A DNA stretch of 64,000 nt from Azolla caroliniana (Eukaryota; Plantae; Polypodiophyta). The stretch is taken from the NCBI GenBank assembly GCA_043228905.1, contig JBHGNT010000004.1, forward strand, positions 18,538,001 to 18,602,000, written 5' to 3'. Position 1 is the stretch's first letter; the number at the start of each line of letters is the position of its first letter. Below the pieces are notes generated by a model, which did no database searches, was not told the DNA's origin, and saw only the letters and a list, made by a program, of their open reading frames with translations. The translations under genes were made by a program, and so were the position numbers. Shown piece after piece: positions 1-10,490 of this stretch.

Positions 1-497
1 TTGTCGATAGCGATGTATGTGATAAACAAATCACCCTTAGTGCCCTTGGATGGAGGCACATCGCAGAAGGTGTGGATCGGTAAGGAAGTGTCTTACCGGC
101 ATCGGAAGGTATTCGGAGTCTCGTGTACGTGCATGTTGCTAAGGACTGGAGAGGAAAGTTGGATCCAAAGACCATGCATATTCCTCGGATACGGCGATGA
201 TGAGTTCGGCTACCGAGTGTGGGATCCGGTTGACAAGAAGGCTTTCCGGAGTCAAGATATTATCTTCATGGAGGACAAGACTCTTGCTAACTGGGAGTCA
301 GACAAGAAGATAATGAACTCTGATGAGATTCGGACACACCTGGCTAAGAGCCGGTTGACACTCGAGGAACCAGCCGGTTACGGTGAGGATACCGAACCAG
401 CAGAAGAAGTAGAGGAAGCTAAAATCGGAACCGGCCAAGACCCCGAATCGGATTCGGATGAAGAACAAATAATGGAGCCAGTTGCCGAAGGCCAAAG

Positions 498-781
498 ACG
501 GAGATATCCTCTCAAAGAGAGAAGGCCCCCCTGGAGATTTCCAGATGCAGAGCATGTGTTGCTGACCGATGAGGGAGAGCCGTAAAGCTTTGAAGAAGAG
601 AAGGATGACACCCACAACCGCAAATGGTTAAGTGCCATGACGGAGATATCCTCTCAAAGAGAGAAGGCCCCCCTGGAGATTTCCAGATGCAGAGCATGTG
701 TTGCTAACCGATGAGGGAGAGCCGTAAAGCTTTGAAGAAGAGAAGGATGACACCCACAACCGCAAATGGTTAAGTGCCATG
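498..781 (+). repeat. 142-bp tandem duplication inside copia A pol
   Basis: 498-639 and 640-781 look identical apart from gctgacc versus gctaacc. Confidence 0.95.
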
Positions 782-1057
782 CAGGATGAGATGGATTCCC
801 TACATGAGAACCATACGTACGAATTGGTGGAGTTGCGCAAAGAAAAGCGGGCACTCCGAAATAAGTGGGTGTACAAGTTGAAACCAAGAGATGCCAGCAA
901 CCCCCCGAGATACAAAGCTAGGATCGTGGTGAAGGGGTTCCAATAGAAGAAGGGCGTGGACTTCGACGAGATATTTGCCTCGGTAGTAAGGATGACCTCC
1001 ATCCGGACGGTGCTGAGTATAGCGGCAAGCATGGACCTCGAGGTAGAGTAGCTAGAC

Positions 1058-2290
1058 GTGAAGACGACATTCCTTCACGGTAACCTCGAAGAGGAGATCT
1101 ACCTGCAGCAACCGGAAGGATTCGTGGAGAAAGGGAAGGAGCACCTGATTTGCCGGTTAAAGAAGAGCCTGTACAGACTGAAGCAGTCTCCCCGACAGTG
1201 GTATCGGAAATTCGACTCCTTCATGACCGACCAAGGGTATCACAAAACGCAAACCGATCATTGCGTGTTTGTGAAGAAGTTCGAAGGAGGCGACTTCTTG
1301 ATACTCCTTCTGTACGTGGACGACATGTTGACCGTCGGACGGGACCAAGCCAAAATACGAATGCTGAAGAAGGCTCTCAATCCAACCTTCGCAATGAAAG
1401 ATTTGGGCCCGGAAAGACAAATACTGGGGATGCACATCATCCGGGACCGGTCAAACAAGCAATTGTGGTTGTCACTGGAGAAATACGTGACAAAGGTGCT
1501 TCAGTGGTTCAACATGTTAGAAGCAAAACCAATCAGATCGACACTCCCGACAAACTTTAGACTATTCGGTAAGCAAAGCCCGAAGACAAAAGCAAAGAAG
1601 GCGGATATGATGAAGGTTCCATATGCCTCTGCCATTGGGAGATTAATGTACGCAATGGTGTGTACTCGACCGGATATTGGATACGTAGTTGGAGTGGTGA
1701 GCCGGTTTATGAGCAATCCCGACAAGGAGCACTGGAACGCGGTCAAATGGTTACTCTGGTACTTGAAGGGCACTTCGAATATGTGTCTCCGATTCGGCTA
1801 CGGTAAATCTCAACTTGACGGTTTTACCGATTTGGACATGTCGGTTGATGTGGATACCAGCCGGTCTACATCCAGGTATGTAATGACATATGCAGGGGGA
1901 GCTGTTTCGTGGCAGTCGGGGCTGCAGAAGACGGTTGCATTGTCAACCACGGAGGCGGAGTATATGGCGGCTGTGGAAGCCAGCAAGGAAATACTATGGA
2001 TGAAGGACTTCATTGGAGAGCTCGGTATCTGGCAAGATGAATACCGACTCTATTGCGACAGTCAAAGTGCCATCCACCTTGCTAAGAATGCAGCATACCA
2101 TTCTAGGACGAAGCACATCCAGCGTAGGTATCACTGGATCCGGGAGCGAGTAGAAGATCGAGAGTTCGCGCTGACGAAGATCCACACGGCTGAGAACGGG
2201 TTAGATATGCTGACCAAAGTACTAATACCCGACAAGCTTGATGCATGTCGGAAGCAGATCGGACTAGTACGATATCCCATGCCAGAGTGA
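1058..2290 (+). pseudogene. pol: copia A pol: RT and RNase H portion (upstream part broken by stops and a duplication)
   Basis: 410-aa ORF with FLHG-L-EEIY, LKKSLY-LKQ, YVDD, ALSTTEAEY and DMLTK motifs; in-frame stops upstream. Confidence 0.93.
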
Positions 2291-2300
2291 AGGGGGAGTT

Positions 2301-2970
2301 TGTTAGGAAATAGGTCCCTCTGGATGGGAAGTGAGAAGAACAACGTTGATGAGCAACTCCGCCAAGGCCGAATCCGGATGTGGAGTACCCGGCAATGGAA
2401 GACCCAGTGAGAACCGGATGACGAGTACCCAGCAATAGAAGACCCGGTGAGAACCGGATGATGAGTGCCCGGCAAGAGCCGGATGGTGAAGGCCCGGTGA
2501 GGAGTGCTCACCGGATGAAGGGACATATTCGTAAATATGTTTCTGAGAGTCCATTGGGGCTATATTTGTAAATGGCCAAAAAGTCATATTAGTATAAATA
2601 TGACTTAGGGCAAACTTAGTGTAGTGTAGTTGTCATTCTTGTTGGTGCAAGATTTCAGTGCAACCGTGTACAAAGAGAGAGAGAGTGAGTGAGAGACGAA
2701 GAGGAAGTTGTCTATGTTGTAACCGCCACCTGTGGCGAGGACAGTGAACAAGAGGTTGTTGCCTTTGTGTTCATCTATTGTATATTGTAACATAGTGATA
2801 GTTTGCAGTTTGTGGACTGCCGTGGTTTTTCCCGTGTTTGGGTTTTCCACGTAAACATTCTGTGTACTCTTCTCTTTATTGTGTCGTGCGTACATTACCC
2901 GTTTTTTCTGTGTTTGATCCTAGACTCGGTTGTGGCGGAGCGTTCTTTTCGGGAGCGTGTAGTCCTTTTA
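2301..2970 (+). repeat. 3' LTR of copia A, with ~40-bp internal tandem units at ~2370-2520
   Basis: Follows the PPT; homologous to LTRs at 14171-14759, 23948-24403/33703-33842 and 44408-45164. The end is inferred from those copies. Confidence 0.85.
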
Positions 2971-3231
2971 GGTCATGAAAAAACTTATGTGATTAACAAT
3001 TAGCATCATCCACTTCTTGTCTTAGACGATGTAGTCTATCATGTTGATAATTGTTTGCCATTAGGTGATGCATCGTAGAAATTAATACCTCTTGATATCC
3101 CATCAACTCTACATCCGTTGGCCAATAAGTTAACAATGAGTTGCATTTATCAAGAAAATGAACTAGGAGACTTAATTTCTTTCTCATTTTAAAAGCATGG
3201 TGAATTCCATAATATCTAGTTAACCTCTGAA

Positions 3232-3376
3232 CATCTAAAATGTTGTACTATAAGGAACGCTTCATGCACTTCTCTAAGTTAGGTTTTATTACGCATCCCA
3301 AATATCTAGATGTATTCTTACCACATGCACTAAGGGTTGCCATTGGACAACTTAGAATATCATCTCACGAACTTGA
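3232..3376 (+). mobile_element. Internal fragment of LINE family L-B
   Basis: Close nucleotide match to ~58982-59126 (catctaaaatgttgtactataag...cttagaatatcatctcac). Confidence 0.85.
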
Positions 3377-4577
3377 ATGCGGGGTTGGGACGAAATGGTC
3401 AACCAAATGAAGAGCCGATGAGTAGTGGAGACTCGGGCGTGTTGTCCCCATGTAAAGAACCGAGGAGACGGTTTACGCGTAACGAAAAAGGGAAGAAGAA
3501 AATGTCGGAATAAGATTTCGGCAATACCGAGTCAGATCGGAGCGAATCTGACTTCGGGCCAATCGAGAAGGAACCTCCGCAGAAGAGGTCAGAATCGACC
3601 GAAAAGGTCATGAAATCGGGTAATCACGAATTACGCCGATCTACTCGCCTGAAGAACCCCGTAAAGAGGTACGGGTATAATGAGTACATGGTGCATCATT
3701 ATGCATACATGACACGAGTGGCGAAAGACGCAAATTGGCGCACCACGATGGAGGAAGAGATGCGCGCATTATCGGACAACGAGACTTGGGACCTGGTTGA
3801 CGCAACTAAAGTTGTTAAGCCGATTGGATGCAGATGGGTGTTTAAGGTGAAATACAACACCGACTGCTCGGTCAACCGATATAAGGCCCGTTTGGTTGCG
3901 AAAGGCTATGCGTAGAAGCACGACGTCGATTACGACGAGACCTTCACGTCAGTCACGAAGATGACTATCGTGCGAGTTCTACTAGTCATAGCTACGTCGA
4001 AGGGGTGGCATCTACATCAGTTCCATGTAAAGAACGTGTTCCTGCAAGGTGATCTTGAGGAACAGGTGTACATGGTACAACCCCCCAGATTTATATCCGA
4101 ATAGAACACTTCTGTAGTCTGCCGATTGAAGAAAGTGTTATACGGACTTAAGCAAGCCCCGCGAGCTTGGAACGTGAAGATTACGCAATGGTTGCGCAGA
4201 ATGGGGTTTACGACATCAAAGTTGGACTCTTCATTGTTCATTCGGCAAGGTCGACATGGCCCGGTTTGTCTTTTACTTTATGTTGATGATTTAGTCATCA
4301 CCGGTGCCTACCTGGAAGAAATTGGCCGCGTAAAGTCTTAGCTTGCGGCATAGTTCGAAATGAAGGATCTTGGCGACCTTCACTACTTCCTCAGGATTGA
4401 AGTGATCCGTTCCCCCGAAGGCATATTGATCAGTCAACGTCATTACACGCTGAATATGCTCTTGAAGTTCGGGATGGCAGATTGTAAGCCCATGTTGACC
4501 CCTCTGGATAGAAACGTAAAGCTTCGCTGAAATTCAGGAAAGACGTGTGACCCGACATGGTTTCGACAGATTGTCGG

Positions 4578-5010
4578 TGTCATGATATGGCAAGACTCGA
4601 ACCCATAACCTTATGCTACATGGGTCGAGCTCTTGACCATTAGACTATACATTGTAATACGTAGAATATTATTTTCATTTATGTTTTATTATAGAAAATT
4701 GATGTATATTCCAGATTTCTCTGGAACATTCTAGAAACTTCAGGAGTATTCCTTAGAACACTATAAAAGGAGGCACGAGGCATTATTTCGAACCAAATCG
4801 ATTCAACGCCAGTATTAAGCCTCCTAGCTACTACTGTACATTCTCTTCACATAATATATATCTTTTCTTATCATCTCTCTCTCTCTCTCTTGATCTCTCT
4901 CGCCCTCCCTCTCACTCACTCTTTCCTTCTCTCGAGAGTTCTTCACCTCTCTTAGTACGAATACTTCTTTTAGTACTAATTCCTTCTCTGTCTTAGAACT
5001 GTTCCTGACA
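4578..5010 (+). repeat. 5' LTR of the Tcn1-like element
   Basis: TGTCATGATA...GTTCCTGACA; TATAAAA at 4762; matches 9694-10120. Confidence 0.96.
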
Positions 5011-5012
5011 GT

Positions 5013-5024
5013 TTGAACCGATTT
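5013..5024 (+). promoter_or_regulatory. Putative self-priming primer-binding site
   Basis: TTGAACCGATTT is the reverse complement of AAATCGGTTCAA in the LTR (9911-9922), ~33 nt after the TATA box; no TGG-starting tRNA-type PBS is present. Confidence 0.8.
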
Positions 5025-5382
5025 TTGGTCGATCTTCCTTTCCTCCTTTTCCTTTTATCTTCTTATTAATCCTTTTATCCTCCCTAGTAAAACGGAAACT
5101 GTTAGCGCTCAGGAATACCAATCTGTTTTCTCGGAGCTCCAGTGCTTAAAAGAGAAATTTGTAGCACTAGAACAAGAAAATCATCACTTGTTGGGGGATC
5201 TTCAACAAATAGCGCTGGGAAAACAATAACAACACGGGGAGCTGACACTACGTGTACAACAACTCAAAGCGACTATCATATCATTACAACAACAAGGATC
5301 AAGCACTCAAGGGATTCACAAAGAACCCAAGATCGGTCTTCCTGCAAAATTTGATGGGACCCGATCACAGTTTAGAGGGTTT

Positions 5383-6234
5383 TTGAATCAGGTACGTTTA
5401 GTGATACAAATGCATCCTTCTCAATATCCCACCGATGCATCACAAGTGGGACTAGTAGGCACTCTCCTTAGTGGCTCAACGTTAGCATGGTTTGCTCCAT
5501 TGTTGGAAAAGGATTCTCCATTATTAAACAGTTTTGAAGAATTTATAAGTGAGTTTAAGGCCTGTTTTGGAGATACTGACAGCATAAGGACTGCAATCAA
5601 CAAAATCCGACGATTACGCCAAGGTGATCGTCCAGCTTCCGCATACGCTGCAAATTTCCGCCTACTCGATGCCGATATCCCTTGGGATGATCACGCATGG
5701 ATGGAGCAATTCCGTTATGGCTTACGCAACGATGTCAAGGATTTACTCTTGACCTTCCCCGAAGAGCCAAAGTCATTAACAAAAGCAATTAGTCACGCGG
5801 TGAGATGCTACAACCGCCTCTTCGAACGACGTTCGGAACGACAATTCCAGATTCTGAGGGCAAGATTAGAGCCTACCTATGCCTCAGTGGTAGCGAAACC
5901 TTTTCCGAGGGAGTCATATAATGCGCCCCTAGCAAGTACTCCAACTCTGATGGAAATTGACACCACACGTCGTCGTGGACCGCTATCGGAAGAAGAAAAG
6001 CAACGACGCTGAGCAAACCGACTATGTCTTTATTGCGGTGGACCAGGGCATATCGCGGTAAACTGTCCCCATAGGCCAAGAAGGCAGGTAAACCAAATAG
6101 TTGCTAGTTCTGATTGTACTAAACCCGAGTCTATTTCAGTAGGGATATATGATAGTCCTAATAGTACTAATAGCCCAAATCTAGCGAACAAATTTGATGT
6201 CCTTAGTCAGTTAGAAGAAGAGTTAAATGACTAA
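5383..6234 (+). pseudogene. gag: gag of the Tcn1-like element (true start further upstream; premature TGA at 6010)
   Basis: Retrotransposon gag (LRQGDRPASAYA..F), P.MEID motif, and CCHC knuckle CLYCGGPGHIAVNC after the stop. Confidence 0.9.
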
Positions 6235-9200
6235 GTCCAGCCAAAATAGGAGCCGTTTGGTTGGACAGCCCTAGATCTGTGCATCCCATTAGTGGTTCCA
6301 TTCCCTCTAAGCAAGTTAGCAATGTGTTCGTAGCCCAAGTAACAGTTAGTACTAAAAGTACTCCTCCAGTACATGTCTTAGCACTTCTAGATTCCAGAGC
6401 TAATTCTTGCTTCATGGATAGGAAATTTGCCCAAGCTCATCAGATATCTCTCAGAAAACTCCTGTGTCCTGCCCTTGTAGTAGTCATCGATGGTCATCCC
6501 ATTGCCTCAGGAAATATCATAGAAGAGTAAGAGCCCGTTAATGTTGTCCTAGATAATCTAGCATGTGTCATATCATTTAATATAATTAGCATCCCAGAAC
6601 ACCCCATTGTCTTAGGATTACCATGGCGGACAAGAGAAATCCGGCATCGAAAAGCCCGAGGGTCTACTCATGAGATTGCAACGATTTCACTACATCAGTT
6701 GCGTGAGGAAGGACACAAGGAAGTAATGTTCCTCTTCGCAATATCAGTAAACCCCTCCAGCACCACTAAAGAGGATTCTACCGTTCAACTTCCAGAGAAG
6801 TATCATTAGGATGCCGATGTGTTTGATAAAGTACAAGCCAGTACGCTTCCTCACCATCGACCATATGATTGCCCCATCGATTTACAACCGGGGAAAGAGC
6901 CACCTTGGGGACCAATCTACAATATGTCACCAACCGAACTGGAAGTCCTTCGAGCCTATATAGAGGAGAATTTGGAGAATGGTTTCATACGACATTCGAA
7001 ATCTCCAGCCGGCGCACCCATTTTCTTCGTCAAGAAAAAGGATGGCTCACTTCGGCTCGTTGTAGATTACCGTGGCTTGAATAAGGTTACAATCCGAAAT
7101 AGGTATGCACTCCCCCTTATCTCAAGTCTTTTAGAACGGATCAATGGTGCGAGGTTCTTCACGAAGATCGACTTACGGGGAGCCTATAACCTCGTACGGA
7201 TCCGACCAGGAGATGAATGGAAGACCGCGCTCCACACCAGATATGGGCACTTCGAGTATATGGTCATGCCGTTCGGCCTCACTAATGCGCCAGCAGTCTT
7301 CCATCACATGGCAAATGATATTTTCCGAGATCTCCTGGATGTGTGTCTAATCATCTATTTGGATGATCTACTGGTTTACTCGAAGACCCAAGAAGAGCAT
7401 GATTCTCATGTACTGTTAGTACTAAAACGACTTCGAGAACATGGTCTCTATGCAAAGCTGGAAAAATGTATTTTCGGGTGCAACCAGGTGGAATTTCTCG
7501 GCTATGTCATTTCCTCAGAAGGCATCTCCATGGACCCAGCTAAGGTCAAAACTGTGGTAGAATGGCAGACTCCGCGTTCGGTACGGGATGTGCAATGCTT
7601 TCTAGGCTTTGCCAATTTTTACCGGAAGTTTATAAAGGATTACTCAAAGCTCGTTTTGCCTCTTACACAACTTACTAGGAAGAGACAATCGTTTGTTTGG
7701 TCTGAAGAAGCGGACATGGCTTTTGAGAATCTTAAACAGGCATTTACATCGGCTCCAATTCTAGCTCACGTTGATCCAGAAAAACCATTCATCATCGAAG
7801 CGGACGCATCGGATTTTGCATTGGGAAGCATTCTATCACAACGAGGTAATGATGAAAAGCTACATCCTGTGGCTTTTCACTCACGCAAGTTTGACGCCGC
7901 CGAAATCAACTACGAAATTCATGATAAGGAGCTATTGGCTATAGTGGACTCTTTTATGCAATGGAGGCATTTTCTAGAGGGATCTTCTCATCAAGTCACT
8001 GTATTCAGTGACCACAAAAACCTCGTGTGTTAAATCGACGTCAAGCTCGGTGGGCCCATTTTCTCACGCGTTTCGACTTCAAGATTACATATCGACCTGG
8101 GAAACATCAAGGGAAAGCAGATGCATTATCACGGCGTTTGTACCTAGCACCGCGTCCCGGCAAGCCAGCTTTCGATAACCAAAAGCAAGTAATCTTGGGA
8201 CCGGCACGACTGCAAGCAACACAGGTCTTTGGCATGCCCATGGATTCCCACGTTATCGATATCATACGTGCGGACCTGAAGACAGATGCTTTCGCCCAAG
8301 CTATACTAGCACAAATTGATCCCTCTCGAGTGTCGTGTTCATAGTCGCAACCACCACGTACGGACTATCAGCAATTCAAATACCACGATGGATTACTCTT
8401 CTTTAAAGAACTTTTGTATGTTCCTAATGGTTCTTCCCGCCTTCAAGTAGTACAAAACTGTCATGACACATATACAGCTAGGCATTTTGGTAGTACTAAA
8501 ACATTAGATTTAGTACAACGATCATTCTGATGGCCCCGTATGCAACAATTTGTCGAAGATTTTGTTCGGACTTGTGACACATGCTGTAGAGCGAAAATGC
8601 CAAGGCATCATCCATATGGTTTATTAGAACCATTACCAATTCCAAGCAAGTCGTGGCAATCCATTGCTCTAGACTTCATCACAGATCTTCCAATCTCTAA
8701 GGGGTTCAATGCGATTCTAACAGTGGTAGATCGATATACGAAGATGGCTCATTTTTTGCCATGTACTAAGGAAATCTCCAGTGAAGACACCGCCGAAATT
8801 GTCATGCGTGAAGTATGTCGGCATCATGGACTTCCCGATAGTATCGTCAGCGACCGTGGATCCCAGTTCATGTCAAAATTCTGGAAGCACCTTTTTAAAA
8901 TGCTCAAGGTCACTTGTAACCTCTCCTCCGGCTACCACCCACAAACCGACGGCCAAGCCGAACGAACAAATCAAACGCTGGAGCAATACCTGCGGTGCTT
9001 TCTTAGCTATCATCAGGATCACTGGGCAGATATTCTCCACTTCGTCGAATTTGCCTATAATAACTCTATCCACGCATCGACTAAAGTTACGCCATTTTAT
9101 GCTTATACGGGATGTCACCCCCAGTGGTGTGTACTTGAAACCCCAGAGGTGTCCACAAATCCTTGCGCGGAGGATCGTTTGGAGCGGTTACGCAAGATAC

Positions 9201-9701
9201 AAGCGGATTTATCTACTCATCTCCAACAAGCTCAGCAAACACACAAGGTTTATGCGGATCGTCATCGACTCCCATCTAGTTTTAACATTGGAGATCGGGT
9301 ATGGCTACTCCGACAACACATCAAGACTACTCGCCCATGCGAGAAGTTGGATTATCGGCGATTAGGGCCTTTCCGTATCATAGGAAAGATTAATGATGTC
9401 GCTTTTCGTCTCGATTTACCCAGGACGTATTACACAGCCTCCACCCCCGATCGAGCTTGAAGATGGACCTGAGTACGAGGTTGCCGCCATCCTTGATTCC
9501 AAGATTGTTCGCAACAAGCTCTACTATCTAGTCGATTGGATAGGATATAGTCCTAGTGAGCGTACTTGGGAACCACTAGAGAATGTCACCAATGCTCGTG
9601 CACTTCTTGAAGACTTCCATCATCAATATCCAGACAAACCGGGTCCTCAATCCAAAACGACTAGTTACACTCATCGTTTTAAAGGGGGGATAGTGTCATG
9701 A
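6235..9701 (+). pseudogene. pol: pol of the Tcn1-like element: PR, RT, RNase H, integrase, chromodomain
   Basis: ALLDSRA, IDLRGAY, YLDD, ADASD, HPQTDGQAER, GPF and chromodomain EYEVAAILDSK...YLVDWIGY...TWEP; several stops and small deletions. Confidence 0.95.
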
Positions 9702-10120
9702 TATGGCAAGACTCGAACCCATGACCTTATGCTACATGGGTTGAGCTCTTGACCATTAGATCATACATTGTAATACGTAAAATATTATTTTAATTTATGT
9801 TTTATTATAGAAAATTGATGTATATTCCAGATTTCTCTGGAACATTCTAGAAACTTCAGGAGTATTCCTTAGAACACTATAAAAGGAGGCACGGGGCATT
9901 ATTTCGAACCAAATCGGTTCAACGCCAGTCTTAAGCCTCCTAGCTACTACTGTACATTCTCTTCACATAATATATATCTTTTCTTATCATCTCTCTCTCT
10001 CTCTCTCTCTCTCCCTCCCTCTCACTCACTCTTTCCTTCCCTCGAGAGTTCTTCACCTCTCTTAGTACTAATACTTCTTTTAGTACTAATTCCTTCTCTG
10101 TCTTAGTACTGTTCCTAACA
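9694..10120 (+). repeat. 3' LTR of the Tcn1-like element
   Basis: Follows the PPT; near-identical to 4578-5010. Confidence 0.96.
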
Positions 10121-10490
10121 GTCGGAAGCCTCATCTACTTGACGATCAATCAGGCGGACCTCAGCTATCTGGTCGGAATGATCAGTCAATTGATGTCGTA
10201 GCCCACGACCGAACACCTTCAATGCGCGCAAAGGATATTATGATATGTTAGCGGCACGAAAGACAAGGCGTTGTTGTATTATGCAGACGTAGCTGAGCAA
10301 TTAGTCGGCTACACGGATGCCGATTGGGCCGGAAATACCCATGATCACAGATCCACATCCAGATACGCATTCTCATTGGGAAGTGTGGCGATCGCGTGGA
10401 GCAATAAGAAGCAGCCGACAACCGAATATCACGGGCCGACTGTCACTACTTGCGAAGTCATTTGGCTGAAACGACTATTACAGGATCTGC

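Larger units (their letters stand above)
1..2970 (+). mobile_element. Ty1/copia LTR retrotransposon, family A (Tnt1/Tork-like), 3' part; 5' end outside the window
   Basis: Integrase C-terminus (RPCIFLGYG), RT (LLLYVDDML) and RNase H (YCDSQSAIHLAKN...RTKHI) in copia order, then PPT GAGTGAAGGGGGAG and an LTR starting TGTTAGG at 2301. Confidence 0.95.
4578..10120 (+). mobile_element. Full-length, degenerate Ty3/gypsy chromovirus, Tcn1-like (Tf1/sushi group)
   Basis: TG..CA LTR pair, perfect 5-bp TSD GTCGG (4573-4577, 10121-10125), PPT AAAGGGGGGATAG at 9681-9693, order gag-PR-RT-RH-INT-chromodomain. Confidence 0.96.
3377..10490 (+). mobile_element. Copia family B fragment (INT tail, RT, start of RNase H), split by the gypsy insertion at 4578-10120
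   Basis: LRRSTR..NP, KPIGCRWVFKVK, YKARLVAKGY, LLLYVDDLVI and YTDADWAG motifs; colinear with ~52630-54250. Confidence 0.9.

Noticed and set aside
6010-6012. Programmed stop readthrough in chromovirus gag
   Set aside because: The second copy has an Arg codon here; this is a C>T decay mutation.
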